The notes under the pieces were generated by a model. That model had not been told where the DNA came from, ran no database searches, and saw only the letters and a list, made by a program, of their open reading frames with translations. Below are positions 19,308 to 30,300 of a stretch of DNA of 64,000 nt, in pieces (position 1 is the stretch's first letter; every line of letters begins with the position of its first letter). The stretch covers positions 1,088,001 to 1,152,000 of the forward strand of contig OY782391.1 in the NCBI GenBank assembly GCA_963677745.1, given 5' to 3'. This DNA is from Candidatus Altimarinota bacterium (GTDB taxonomy: Bacteria; Patescibacteriota; Gracilibacteria; UBA1369). Both the position numbers and the translations under genes were made by a program.

Positions 19308-19381
19308 TGGAGCGGGTTAGGGGAATCGAACCCCTGTCTTCAGCTTGGAAAGCTGTCATAATACCATTATACTAAACCCGC
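19308..19381 (-). tRNA. tRNA-Gly(TCC)
   Basis: GCGGGTT...CAGC-TTTCCAA-GCTG...AGGGGTTCGATTCCCCT-AACCCGC-TCCA cloverleaf. Confidence 0.95.
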
Positions 19382-19470
19382 CTGATTGTACTGATTGGAA
19401 AACAAAAACTTCGATCCGTGAAAATTTTCTTTGCCAGCTGATTCTAGCCAAAAAGCCGGCAGCTTTCAAC

Positions 19471-20493
19471 TTATTTTTTGCTGATCAGGTAGCAGTTGTG
19501 GATCTGGTTGGGCTCGGCAAACCATTTGGGATTGATGGTGTCGATCCAGAAATCCAGCGGAATTGTTTCATTCTGGATGTCCTGAATCCGGAAAGTCTGC
19601 TTGAGTCCGGTACTCAGCATAAAATCCTGGCAGTTATTGGAAAACAGTATCTGTCCGCCGTCTTTCAACAGTGTGGCGGCTGTTGCGATCAATCTATCCT
19701 GATCCCGCTGTACCGAAAAATTTTCGGTTTTGTTACGCGAGAAAGTGGGAGGATCGATAATGATCAGATCAAACAGTAAACTTTTGCGCGCCGCATAGCG
19801 GAAAAATTCGAAAGTGTCCATGCGGTAAATCCAGTTTTTGTCCTCCGGGAAACCGTTGAGCGTCAGGTTGCGGCGCGCCCAGTCACAATAGGTCTTGGAC
19901 AGGTCCACCGTATGAGTCATGGCGGCCCCTCCGGCGGCTGCATACACCGAAAACGATCCGGTATAGGCAAACAGATTTAGCACAGTCAAATCTTTGGCCA
20001 TTCTTTCCACCCTTCTCCTGGTTTCCCGATGATCCAGAAAAATTCCGCTGTCCAGATAATTGTTCAGATTGACAATGAATTTATGTCCAAATTCCTGAAT
20101 TATAAATTCCACCGGCTCTTCCTCCGGCTTTCCTCCGCTGTCCGGAGTTTCTTTTAGTTTGAAGCGCTTCTTTTCATAAAAGCCTTCCAGCGCAAAATCT
20201 TCCGTCAATATTGTCTTCAATCCCTCCAGCAGACCGCGCTCCAGTTCCTCCTGATAAATTTGCAGCACCGCTTTTCCGCCCGCAATATGGGCCGAGTCAC
20301 CCGACCCCTCTACTATCGCACCATAAACATCTACGGCCACCGGTATATCCAAGTCTTCTTTACTGGCCAGACGAAACGCTTCCAGTTTGTTGCCCGCCAC
20401 ATAGGCCCGGCGTCTCTTCCAGGACTCCTGCAGATTATGGCGCAGTCCGGAGTCGGGTCGGGAAAAAGTGTCATTTTTACCTGATTTAATCAT
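19471..20493 (-). CDS. RlmK/RlmI-like rRNA SAM-dependent methyltransferase
   Basis: DSGIFLDHR, VLNLFAYTGSFSV, VDLS, IIIDPPTFS, FSNN. Confidence 0.85.
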   Translation of the reverse strand: MIKSGKNDTFSRPDSGLRHNLQESWKRRRAYVAGNKLEAFRLASKEDLDIPVAVDVYGAIVEGSGDSAHIAGGKAVLQIYQEELERGLLEGLKTILTEDFALEGFYEKKRFKLKETPDSGGKPEEEPVEFIIQEFGHKFIVNLNNYLDSGIFLDHRETRRRVERMAKDLTVLNLFAYTGSFSVYAAAGGAAMTHTVDLSKTYCDWARRNLTLNGFPEDKNWIYRMDTFEFFRYAARKSLLFDLIIIDPPTFSRNKTENFSVQRDQDRLIATAATLLKDGGQILFSNNCQDFMLSTGLKQTFRIQDIQNETIPLDFWIDTINPKWFAEPNQIHNCYLISKK

Positions 20494-20512
20494 GGTAATT
20501 TGGTCATATCAA

Positions 20513-20827
20513 TTAGGGGAATTTAAATTTCGGCAAAATTTTCTTGAAAAACTCACCGTGTTTATAAACCCTGTCACAACCGGCTGCCCTGGCCGCCTTC
20601 AATTTATTTTCATCATCGGCGGAACCAAAAGCCAGACATTTGTGGGCCTGGCTTTTGAGCACCAGCATTGCCATCGGATCGTCCAGATCCACCATCAGCA
20701 GATCAAACCCCGAAGAGTCAAAGATCGGACTGCTGATGATTGTAACCTGATGTCCCAGCTCCTCCAGTTCATCGAAAATTCGCGTCTTGGTGATTACGTC
20801 TTTACTGAGTAAACCGATTTGTGCCAT
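20513..20827 (-). CDS. small degenerate receiver(CheY)-like protein
   Basis: FDLLMVDLD...AARAAGCDRV pattern; lacks the full phospho-acceptor signature. Confidence 0.5.
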   Translation of the reverse strand: MAQIGLLSKDVITKTRIFDELEELGHQVTIISSPIFDSSGFDLLMVDLDDPMAMLVLKSQAHKCLAFGSADDENKLKAARAAGCDRVYKHGEFFKKILPKFKFP

Positions 20828-20909
20828 TTCTTGGATTTATTAATTGATTAAAAACCGCGCTGTGTCGTGTTCTTTTCCGTATATTGTAACATTTTAGTTC
20901 TGCGTACCT

Positions 20910-21716
20910 TTATTGCGTTACCTGTGGCAAATTGATAATCGGAGTGCCGCCGCCTGTATACAGAGGGAGTACGCCGTTCCATTTCTCCACCATTTTCAGT
21001 TGGACCAGTCCAGCGTTTTCCCTAAGGGCTTCACCCTGGATGCGGATGGATTCGGCATCGGCCTTGGCGGTCTCAATCTGCTGTTTGGCTTCAATTTCAA
21101 TTCTCCTCAAATCATTCTCGGCCTTCAAAGCATTTTGTACGGCTGTCTGTTTGGATTCAATTGACCGGTTAAATTCCTCGGAAAAACTGAAGTTCACGAT
21201 CGACACGTCATCCACCATGATATTATAGGGTTTAAGCCTTTCTTCCAGAGCTTTCCGGATGGCCTCCTTGACTATTGAACGCTTGGTAATAAGTTCTTCC
21301 GCAGTATATTGGGCAGTGGCCGCCTTGACGCTTTCCTGGATGGCCGGGCTGATGATACGGGCGGAATATTCCAGACCCACCTGCTGGTAGATTTTATCGA
21401 CGGCCAGTGGATCAGCGTGATAGTTCAAAGCCACGGTACCTTCAATTGACTGCAAATCCTTGGAAGCGGCATCAACTGTATCTTCGGACTTCTGTGTCTG
21501 GACATCCATTACCACCACATTATTGACAATCGGCAGCTGGAAATGCAGGCCGGGTTCGTAAACCCCCTGAACCGTTCCCAGTTGCAGGAGGATGCCTCTT
21601 TCACCCGGGTTAATTACGGTGAAAAAGCTGAAAATATTGACCAAAATGATCAGGACAAGCAAACCTCCCAATATTTTTAGGGCCAGCTTGATAAACTCTC
21701 CAAATGTAAATTTCAT
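20910..21716 (-). CDS. prohibitin/SPFH domain protein
   Basis: PGERGI, PGLHF, ASKDLQ, AEELITKR, FSEEFNRSIESKQ, EKWNG.LP. Confidence 0.9.
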   Translation of the reverse strand: MKFTFGEFIKLALKILGGLLVLIILVNIFSFFTVINPGERGILLQLGTVQGVYEPGLHFQLPIVNNVVVMDVQTQKSEDTVDAASKDLQSIEGTVALNYHADPLAVDKIYQQVGLEYSARIISPAIQESVKAATAQYTAEELITKRSIVKEAIRKALEERLKPYNIMVDDVSIVNFSFSEEFNRSIESKQTAVQNALKAENDLRRIEIEAKQQIETAKADAESIRIQGEALRENAGLVQLKMVEKWNGVLPLYTGGGTPIINLPQVTQ

Positions 21717-21766
21717 GTTAAATGATTTTATGAATTATAAATTTTCAATTTGAATTAACAATGATT

Positions 21767-24424
21767 TTATCCCGGATTATTGACCTGCTCCGGTTGAGGG
21801 GGGATTTCAGGCAGTGTATCAACCTGAGGTAAATCAGGCGGGGATCCTGCATCGGTCGGAGACAAAGGCGCGGGAACCGAGTCGGGTACTGCCGGAGCCG
21901 GAGGTGTTTCGGCACCCGTGTTGATGGGTCTTTCGGGAGAGGCGGCTGCATTCTTGGCATCCTCGGCCGCTTTTTTGGCGGCATCATCTTTGGCTTGCTG
22001 CTCCTCGGATTTGCAGAGCAGAGGGTCCTTGGTTCGTTCTTCTTCCGTACAATCTTTACGTATCAGTGGTCTGAATCGGGAATCATAATTCTTCTTTTTA
22101 TCCCAGTTGGGCGGATAAAATTCCTTGCCAACCTGTGTGATGCTTTCCGGTTTTGTATATTCCACCAGCGGTTTATCCTTGAGTGTCATTTCCAGAAAAG
22201 CTTTATTGATTGGCGCTGCGGTGAATTCCCCCCAGGCCATCAGGGATACCTGTTTGCCGTCGGCGTTGCCGACCCAGGTGGCGGACAGAATAGTGGGGGT
22301 ATAACCGAGTGTCACCAGATTGTTAGGATAATTGGTGCGTCCGATTTTTTTATTGGAAGTACCTGTTTTACAGGCCAGATTTTGTCCCGGGATGGTTAGT
22401 ACGTTTCTCCAGGAGCCGGCCGGACGGGCGTAGATGTCGGAAAGTATTGAGTTAATTATGAAAGCGGTCTCAGGTCTCATTACCTGCTTGCCCTTGTCCT
22501 CATATTTTTCCAGGACATTCCCGTAACGGTCCCGGATTTCCAGAATCGGATTAACCGGATTGAATTTTCCGTCATTGGCAAAAGAAGCGTACGCGCCGGC
22601 CAGATCCAGCAGTCTGACTTCTCCGCTGCCGATGGCCATGGCCGGACCGTAACTAAAATCCCATTTGCGGTTGGGATTGCTGTTGTAGGCGTCTTTATAT
22701 TCTCTCAGCGACGTCACCCCCACTTTATCCAGGAAATCCAGCAGGCTCTGCTCTTCGCCTCCCACATACCAGGCTTTGATGGCGGGAATGTTTCTGGACT
22801 GGGCGATTGCCTGTCTGATTGTCATGCGGCCTTTGAACTGATTGTCGGAATTATTGGGGATATAGTTGTCTCCGAATTTGGTTTTGTAATCTCCCAGAAC
22901 GGTACCGGATCCGATTCCGGCATTCTCGATGGCATTGGCATAAACCAAAGGTTTGAAAGAAGACCCCGGCTGTCTGAGACTGGTGGTAATGTTAACCTGT
23001 CCGTCGATCGCTTCATCCCAATAATTCACCGAACCGACCATGGTCAGTATGCCTCCTGTCTTTGGATCTATTGAAACCTGGGCGGCATTGGTAGCTCCAT
23101 AACGTTTGATGTTCTGGTCATAACGCTCGGCAATGATTTTTTCCGCATTGGATTGAAGTACCGGATCCAGAGTGGTGATCACGTCCAGCCCTCCGCTTTC
23201 CACCATTTCCTTGCCGTATTTTTTCTCCAGGTAATCTTTTACGTAAAAAACAAAGTGAGGCGATACAATGGTTTGTTTGAGATCCTGGAATTTAATATCA
23301 AATCCTTCCCTCCACGCCTGCACCAGTTCATCATGGGTTATTTTCCCGTCCTCCTGCATTCTCTGCAGCACCAGATCCTTACGGCCCCAGACATAATTTG
23401 TATCGTCGGGGGAGTCGCAATTTTCTACTTTGCAATACCCCATCAACTCTTTGCGGTTGGACCCGTACGGAGAAAACTTGGAAGGGGCCTTGGGCAGGGA
23501 CGCCAGTATGCTGGCCTCGGCCAGAGTCATTTCCTTGGAAGGTTTGCCGAAGAAAGTTTTGGAGGCCGCCTCAATTCCAAAGGCGTTGGAACCATAGGGG
23601 ATTTTGTTAAAATACATTTCCAGAATTTCGTCCTTGGTGTAGTACCACTCTATTTCTACGGCCAGAATCAGTTCCTTGATTTTACGGTCAAAAGATTGTT
23701 CCGGTGACAGATAGAGATTTTTTGCCAGCTGTTGCGTGATGGTGGAAGCCCCCTGCACCGAATTTTCATCATTCATGTTGTTCAGCTGGGCGCGAATGAT
23801 GGCTGCCGGATCAAATCCCAGATGGTTGTAGAAAAATTTGTCCTCGATCGAAATGGTGGCGTCTATAACTTTCTGATTGATTTCTTTAAGCGGCACGTAA
23901 GTGCGGTTCTCGTCCCCGAAAATTTTATAAAGTATATTTCCGTCCCGATCGTAAATTGTGGTGGTTTCGGCAAAATTGGCCGATTTGAGCTGCCGCACAT
24001 CAGGCAGGTCGTGTCCCCAGATCATATAAATTGTAAACAGTCCCAAAATAAAAATCAGCACCAGCACCGCCACGGTAATCAGAAGCCAGCGGATCGAAGC
24101 AATAACACCTCCCACCCGGCCGGCGATTTCCCTGGAGTATCTTCTGATTTTACTGACGGGTTTTTTGGCCGGAGACAAATCTTCAGTGGTCGCCGTCCCG
24201 ATTACCTTTACCGGCTTGAAAAAACCGCCCACCTTCCCGACCTGTTCCAGCAGTTTGAATTTTTTCACCTCCTTTTTTTGTTTTTTTTGCCGCTGTTCAT
24301 TGTCTTCTATCTCTTTGCGGCGTGCCTCCTTTTGGGCTTCCAGTTGCATCCTGCGGCGTGCCGATTTGTTCATTTTCGGTTTCTTTTTATCTGCCCCCGG
24401 ATTTTTCTGTTTTTTTTCAGTCAT
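21767..24424 (-). CDS. class A penicillin-binding protein (PBP1A family)
   Basis: Transglycosylase EDKFF, GASTITQQLAKN, RKIKE; transpeptidase SSFK, SRN, KTG. Confidence 0.95.
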   Translation of the reverse strand: MTEKKQKNPGADKKKPKMNKSARRRMQLEAQKEARRKEIEDNEQRQKKQKKEVKKFKLLEQVGKVGGFFKPVKVIGTATTEDLSPAKKPVSKIRRYSREIAGRVGGVIASIRWLLITVAVLVLIFILGLFTIYMIWGHDLPDVRQLKSANFAETTTIYDRDGNILYKIFGDENRTYVPLKEINQKVIDATISIEDKFFYNHLGFDPAAIIRAQLNNMNDENSVQGASTITQQLAKNLYLSPEQSFDRKIKELILAVEIEWYYTKDEILEMYFNKIPYGSNAFGIEAASKTFFGKPSKEMTLAEASILASLPKAPSKFSPYGSNRKELMGYCKVENCDSPDDTNYVWGRKDLVLQRMQEDGKITHDELVQAWREGFDIKFQDLKQTIVSPHFVFYVKDYLEKKYGKEMVESGGLDVITTLDPVLQSNAEKIIAERYDQNIKRYGATNAAQVSIDPKTGGILTMVGSVNYWDEAIDGQVNITTSLRQPGSSFKPLVYANAIENAGIGSGTVLGDYKTKFGDNYIPNNSDNQFKGRMTIRQAIAQSRNIPAIKAWYVGGEEQSLLDFLDKVGVTSLREYKDAYNSNPNRKWDFSYGPAMAIGSGEVRLLDLAGAYASFANDGKFNPVNPILEIRDRYGNVLEKYEDKGKQVMRPETAFIINSILSDIYARPAGSWRNVLTIPGQNLACKTGTSNKKIGRTNYPNNLVTLGYTPTILSATWVGNADGKQVSLMAWGEFTAAPINKAFLEMTLKDKPLVEYTKPESITQVGKEFYPPNWDKKKNYDSRFRPLIRKDCTEEERTKDPLLCKSEEQQAKDDAAKKAAEDAKNAAASPERPINTGAETPPAPAVPDSVPAPLSPTDAGSPPDLPQVDTLPEIPPQPEQVNNPG

Positions 24425-24549
24425 CAAATCAATCAAAAAAATGTCATTAAACTAATAACACAAGCGGCATTTGGCGTGAAATGAAAAACAAATTAAAAAG
24501 CCCTTTTATTGAATTAGGGCTTTCTAAAAAAATAATTTATGATAATAAA

Positions 24550-24651
24550 TTATTTCTTCTTTTTCTTTGCTACCTTTTTTACAGCCTTCTTTACAACCTT
24601 TTTGGTCGCTTTTTTAGCTGGTTTCTTGGCAGCCTTTTTTTTCGTAGCCAT
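24550..24651 (-). CDS. 33-aa Lys/Ala-rich histone H1-like basic peptide (below the ORF track size cutoff)
   Basis: ATG 24651 to TAA 24550 translates MATKKKAAKKPAKKATKKVVKKAVKKVAKKKKK; hairpin aaagccct...agggcttt downstream. Confidence 0.75.
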   Translation of the reverse strand: MATKKKAAKKPAKKATKKVVKKAVKKVAKKKKK

Positions 24652-24797
24652 GTTTCTTTTTGCTTTAAAGAATGAAATTGTTTTTTGGTATTCCAAAAAC
24701 AAAATTACTATAACAAATCTTTTATTAAAATAGCAATATAATAAGCTGTCTTTTTCTTGGCATCTGTTTAAAATTTATTCAAATTTAAAAAAACAAT

Positions 24798-25316
24798 TTG
24801 GCCGAATTAACTGTTTATACCGATGGAAGTTGTCTGGGAAATCCCGGTCCGGGAGGCTGGGCTTTTATGCTTGTGGAAGACGAAAAACACCCCTCCGAAA
24901 AAGTCGTAGTCAGCCAGTCCGGCTATGTTTTTCATACCACCAATAACCGTATGGAAATGACTGCGTTTTTAATGGCGCTGAAATTTCTCGCGCAAAAATT
25001 CCCTGGCGCGCTTGTGGAAATAAATGCTGATTCCAATTTATTGGTACAGACTATTAACGAAGGGTGGAAGCGAAAAGCCAACCCGGACCTGTGGGTTGAA
25101 ATAGATCGCTATCTTTCCAAAATCAATTTTAAATTATTTTGGGTGAAAGCTCACGCGGACAATCACTACAATAACAGATGTGACGAATTAGCATTGCAGG
25201 AAGCCCAGAAAGCCAAACAGATGGTTTTGAAAAATCCCACTCTTTCTCCCGCCGAGTCGTCACCGCAGCAAAAAAAAACTGAAGAAAAAATCGATAATCA
25301 GTCTTCACTTTTTTAA
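24798..25316 (+). CDS. rnhA: ribonuclease HI
   Basis: YTDGSCLGNPGPGGW, TTNNRME, DS, N.DLW, WVKAH, N.RCDELA. Confidence 0.95.
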   Translation: MAELTVYTDGSCLGNPGPGGWAFMLVEDEKHPSEKVVVSQSGYVFHTTNNRMEMTAFLMALKFLAQKFPGALVEINADSNLLVQTINEGWKRKANPDLWVEIDRYLSKINFKLFWVKAHADNHYNNRCDELALQEAQKAKQMVLKNPTLSPAESSPQQKKTEEKIDNQSSLF

Positions 25317-25407
25317 AACTTCGAGAAAATTTAAACAGAAAAATAAAAAAAACTGCTCCCGGTGATGCAGTTTTTTTTGTGTGAAAATTATCCGGAAAAG
25401 ATTTCCT

Positions 25408-25728
25408 TTATTCCAGCAGCTTGTCCAGCATCTTTTTTAGCACCTCCTCACTCTTGAACCCCATGTCCCGGTGCACCGCTTTTCCATCCTTGAAAAAAAT
25501 CAGCGTGGGAATGCTTTGTACCATGTACTCGGCGCTTTTCTGTTCATTGGCGTCAACGTCCAGTTTCCCGATTAGAAATTTCCCCTCATATTCGGCGGCC
25601 AGTTTGTCGATGACCGGTGCCATCATTTTGCATGGGCCGCACCACTCGGCATAAAAATCCACCAGTACCGGAATTTTTGACTGCAATACTTCGCGGTCAA
25701 AATCGGCGTCGTTAAAATGTTTTGCCAT
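25408..25728 (-). CDS. trxA: thioredoxin
   Basis: VDFYAEWCGPCK, SIPT. Confidence 0.97.
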   Translation of the reverse strand: MAKHFNDADFDREVLQSKIPVLVDFYAEWCGPCKMMAPVIDKLAAEYEGKFLIGKLDVDANEQKSAEYMVQSIPTLIFFKDGKAVHRDMGFKSEEVLKKMLDKLLE

Positions 25729-25815
25729 GTAGAAAAAGTTTAATGATAAATTGCATAGTTCATTCTATCATAAAAAAAACACCCAACCCAAAAAAAACTT
25801 GCCGTTCGCCGGTTT

Positions 25816-27105
25816 TTATCTCAGCACCGGTTTATACATGTGGCGGTGTCTTTGCGGGGGGCTTTTCATCATACGCGCCAGGGTGAAAAAACGGTTGGCA
25901 TCATCCTTGAACTTCTCCTGGTCTGCCGCCTGGCTGAAACCGATCAGAGATTTCCTGAACAGCCTCAAAAAAGCCATGCGCAAAATTGCCACGCGATATT
26001 TGGTTTTGCGCAGCTCGTCTTTGTTTTTCAACAGGGGACTCAGATCATAATCAAACATCACCATACACTGATTTATTTCCAGAACTTTTCCCTCCATGCG
26101 GTCGATGGCCAGTCCCTGTTCCATCACAATGCGGAAGAAAAAGATCCTCCGGTCGGCAGGATTGTTACTGAGTCCCATCACAATGGTATTGAGTGTGGGC
26201 AGCGCGCACAGAAACCAGGCCCGCACTTTCACATCCCGCGCTTCCTGATCATTAACCAGCGAAAAACCTACAAAGAATTTTTCCTCTTTATCCAGACTTC
26301 TCACAAACTGAATTTTCTTTTCCAAATCGGGATTTCCGGCAAAAGCCAGTTCCATCACTCTGGCCGGCAGAGCGGCGTCCAGTTTCTTCAAAGCCGGGAT
26401 TTCCACTGCTTTTCCATCCTTGATGGCATAAGCCAGTTTTAGTAAAACCGGTAATGAGAATCCGGGCAGTACGGAATTAAGTTGGGTCAAAACCCGCTGA
26501 TACATTTTTTCCAGACATCCCTCCAGGCATTCGCGGACCGTATCAAAATGAGACCCCAGTCTGTAAACGTTGATTTTGGTACCGCTGTCAGCCTCGATCT
26601 GCAACAGATATTCATCATCCATAAACTGGTGGTGTCGCATAAAATTCAAATTCACTGCGAAAGCGTCCGAGAATTTTGGCAGGAAAAGGATGCTCTGTTC
26701 ATAAACCTGCATTACTGAAAAACCTTTGTTGATGGATTTGCCAAACTGATTGATCACCTCCACGCTGCAGTCAAACTGCTCCATCAGCATTCCCACGCGC
26801 ATAAACAGATTTTCGGCAAAAAACTCGTTTTTAATTCTGTAAAAATCACCCAAAAAATTTTCCACGCTGTCGCCGAAACGCGAGAGTTCAAATTGCTCCT
26901 TGGCAAAAGTGGTAAAGATGAATTTGTCTTTGTCAGCGCGGTTTTCCTTGATGTCGATAAAATTGACGATCTCCCCATGGTCATTGGCCCCTTTTCCTTT
27001 CAATCTGAAATATTTCCGGTCAAAGACGATTTCGCCTTCTTTTTCCAGAATAATTTTCCCTGAAAAGTTCAATTTTTTGAACTTCACACTATAAGCGACT
27101 GCCAT
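25816..27105 (-). CDS. hypothetical protein
   Basis: 429-aa ORF; beta-rich N-terminal half, possibly PH-like folds (weak). Confidence 0.65.
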   Translation of the reverse strand: MAVAYSVKFKKLNFSGKIILEKEGEIVFDRKYFRLKGKGANDHGEIVNFIDIKENRADKDKFIFTTFAKEQFELSRFGDSVENFLGDFYRIKNEFFAENLFMRVGMLMEQFDCSVEVINQFGKSINKGFSVMQVYEQSILFLPKFSDAFAVNLNFMRHHQFMDDEYLLQIEADSGTKINVYRLGSHFDTVRECLEGCLEKMYQRVLTQLNSVLPGFSLPVLLKLAYAIKDGKAVEIPALKKLDAALPARVMELAFAGNPDLEKKIQFVRSLDKEEKFFVGFSLVNDQEARDVKVRAWFLCALPTLNTIVMGLSNNPADRRIFFFRIVMEQGLAIDRMEGKVLEINQCMVMFDYDLSPLLKNKDELRKTKYRVAILRMAFLRLFRKSLIGFSQAADQEKFKDDANRFFTLARMMKSPPQRHRHMYKPVLR

Positions 27106-27240
27106 AAATTGGTTTTACTATTATCTCCAAATGAAAACTGCCCAAAAGCAGGTATGGAAAAATCTGCTTTCTTTTCCCGAAATCAATATACCCAGGCCTT
27201 TTTCAAAAGCAAGACAAAAGAAAATTGGCAGGGGGGGGCT

Positions 27241-27268
27241 TTGACGAAAACGAAAAAAGGTGTATAAT
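27241..27268 (+). promoter_or_regulatory. sigma70-like promoter
   Basis: TTGACG-16 nt-TATAAT upstream of ATG 27307. Confidence 0.6.
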
Positions 27269-27306
27269 TCTATGATTAGTTAAATAAATTGTTAACCAAA
27301 ACAAAT

Positions 27307-30300
27307 ATGCAAATTTCAAAGAAATGGCTAACCATTGCGGGAGGAGTTGCCCTCGTGGTGGTGATTGGCCTGGCCGTCGGACTCAATCAGGGCGGTCTGT
27401 TTAAAGGTACATTGACCCAGTTCAATACTTTGGGCACTACCAAGGAACTGACTACAATCACCAGACAAACGAACACTGAAGGTCAGGTGCTGGACACGGT
27501 CCTGACACGTAAAACTGACGCCAGCGGTGTTTCCCATGATATCCTTGTGGATCAAGCGGTCAAAGCTGCCTTTGTTGAACCTCTTGCTACAAAAACCGCC
27601 AGCTCTTTCGTCGGTACACCCGTAATGACTTTGGATATGAAGATGCTGAAAGAAAAAGGTTACTCGGCAATCTATTTCAAGGTTCAGGATGTTGCACCGG
27701 TAAGGTTGACACCTGCTCCCGAACCCAATCTTTCCGTTGCCCAGCCTTTGTTACCAATTCAACCTTCCGCAGACACTATCTCCATCGCTCCCACTGTCGA
27801 TACCGGATCTATCACTGATAAATTATCCGCTCCCGTCGAAAGCGCTACAGGTCTTACTGATTTGACGATCAGTCAGGATACTGGCATCACTACTATTACT
27901 GATCAACCCCTCACTATCAAAGATTCTGCGGTAATTAATAAAGATCTTACCCTGGCTCCGGCCACAGACACTCTGTCGGTCAGCAATGATCTGATCTTGG
28001 CACCCGCCCAGGACACCGCCACACTTAAAGACATTACTCTGGCGCCGGCCCTGAACGCCGTTGACACCATTACCAACACAACCACGGAGACAAGATCCGC
28101 CCCTTCCACTCTAAATCTTACTACCACTGATTCTCTTGTTAAGGGTACAACCACAACTACTACAACCACCACGGATACGCTAGCAGCTCCCCCAGCCAGT
28201 TTAAACCTTAGGACTTCTTGGATTCCTTCCGCCCACGCCGCTGTCGGTCAAATCAACCTTACTCTGGCAAGTGATAATATCGCCAAACTTGATCTGAGTC
28301 AGATTACGGCTGATGGTGATTATATGATCAACCTGGGTACTATCGGACTTTCCATCCCGATTAAGGCCAGCGGAGTTACACCGCTATTGCCCGCAGCACA
28401 GGAAGAAATACAGATCAGCTTTGGGCCGGCTGTTACCGGTCAACTACTTAGCAAAAATAGTGTTGATGTAAAAGTGTCCGATACCAAGGTCTCCAGCAGC
28501 TATCTGACTCCCAAGATGGTCAACAGCATTACCTATGTCGGTCAAATCGACGACAATGCTGACGGGAATTATGTAGACGGCAAGGAAAACATTGCTATCG
28601 CTTCGCTACTTCCGAGTTACCACTTAATGTATGGCACACAGGTAATGAGTCCCACAACACCTATCAATGCCGACGGGACAATTACTTTTGGATCATCCAA
28701 CGGTCCGGGTCTTCTGGGAGTCCAGCCTGATCAGACCAAGACCATGCAGTTGGTGGCCGATAGTGTAAAACCGCATCCAACTCTTCAAAATGATGTGAAA
28801 ATCAGGTTCCATGTCAAAGAATATACCTTCACGGAAGCCGGAGTAAATTCGGTGAATAACGCCATCAATAATCCTCCCGACATTGTCTTGCCAAAAGAGT
28901 GCCAGGCTATTGATAAATTTGCCTTTGATCCCATGATTCTGACTTATGATGGTGGAATTGCCACGCCGAAAGTACAATCAACCAAAATGAAAGCCTATGA
29001 AAGTACAAACGTGCTCAATCTCGACCTGGTCGGGTTCTGCCAGACCGATCTCGCCACCAAAGCCAATTTACCGGCAAACACAACAGGGCTCTATCTGGAA
29101 TTGGTTGACCAGACTGGTGTCGTAATAGACAACGAAAGTCTGGTGCTCGCAGCTTATCCGGCAGATGGTTATACCAATCTGATGAATGGGTTCCTGACCA
29201 GTGTTAAAAAAGTCGATGATCCGAATCTGGATTATGTGGAATTCACCAATGATTTTTCCAAGACTGATCTGGGCGGAGGGGTAACTCTCAAGAGCGGTCA
29301 GACCTATACTTTGAACGTTAAGGCTACCGATTCCAATGGCGTGACGTCCAACAATGTTACCGCCAGTTATAAGTTGGTAAATAATGCAAAAAGCCTGACA
29401 GTTGTCCCGAGATTATCTTCAACAACCACCACCACAACCACTCCGAGCACTACTACCACGACTCCCAGCACTACTACCACGACTCCCAGTACGACCACCA
29501 CGACAACCACTCCGAGCACCTCAACCACTCCTTCCACAGTCAATAATTATTACTATACCACACCCGCTACCACGACTATTCCCGCTACCACAACCACCGC
29601 TCCTGTAGCCGTACAGACTCCGGCCGCAACCACGTCTTCTTCCACGCCTTGTGTGGTTGGCGATAAGACTTTCTATCTCGCTGGTGGTCCAAGCTCTACT
29701 TATTGTAAAGATCTGCAGGTACTGGTTAATACCAATCTGCCGACACCAACCCCTACCATCTTTACCCTGGATCAGTCTGGTGATACTGCACAGGTTAGAT
29801 ACACAACTGGTTTGGCTACGTTGAGAATTCTTAAGGAAATGGGTGCAACCTTCAAAACCAGAAATCTTTCCAGCGACTGGTATATGGATTTCGCTGATTC
29901 CTCCAAAATCGCCGCTTCCACTGCTAACGAAATAAAGGATTTCCAGACTGTCTTCTCCAATGGTGTTCTGTTGGGACGTGAAAATGCAACAACCGGAACG
30001 AGAACTCTTGATGGAGCCGGAAGAGTAAACTACATCGAAATATTGGCCATCTTTAAGCAGGCTCTCAGTAACGGTTTGGGCGTAACCATCACCCTCAACA
30101 AAGCTAACCTGCCTGAATCCATCTTGAAGGCCTACAACAATGACCCTGCCGGCTGGCAGTGGATCGCCGAGGCCTATTCCTTCGGTGTACAATACAATCT
30201 GATCGAAAAAGATGACTATGATAGTATGACTGTCTTCAACTATGCTAACAGAGAAGACATGGCGAATTTTCTATCCAACTTCAAGACATTCATCCAAAAG

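Noticed and set aside
19040-19779. ORFs 19040..19270 and 19345..19779
   Set aside because: They overlap the palindromic element, tRNA-Gly and the methyltransferase gene on the opposite strand; no protein-like signal.
24481-24733. Phe-rich + strand ORFs 24481..24675 and 24539..24733
   Set aside because: They are antisense readings of the Lys-rich microprotein gene at 24550-24651.
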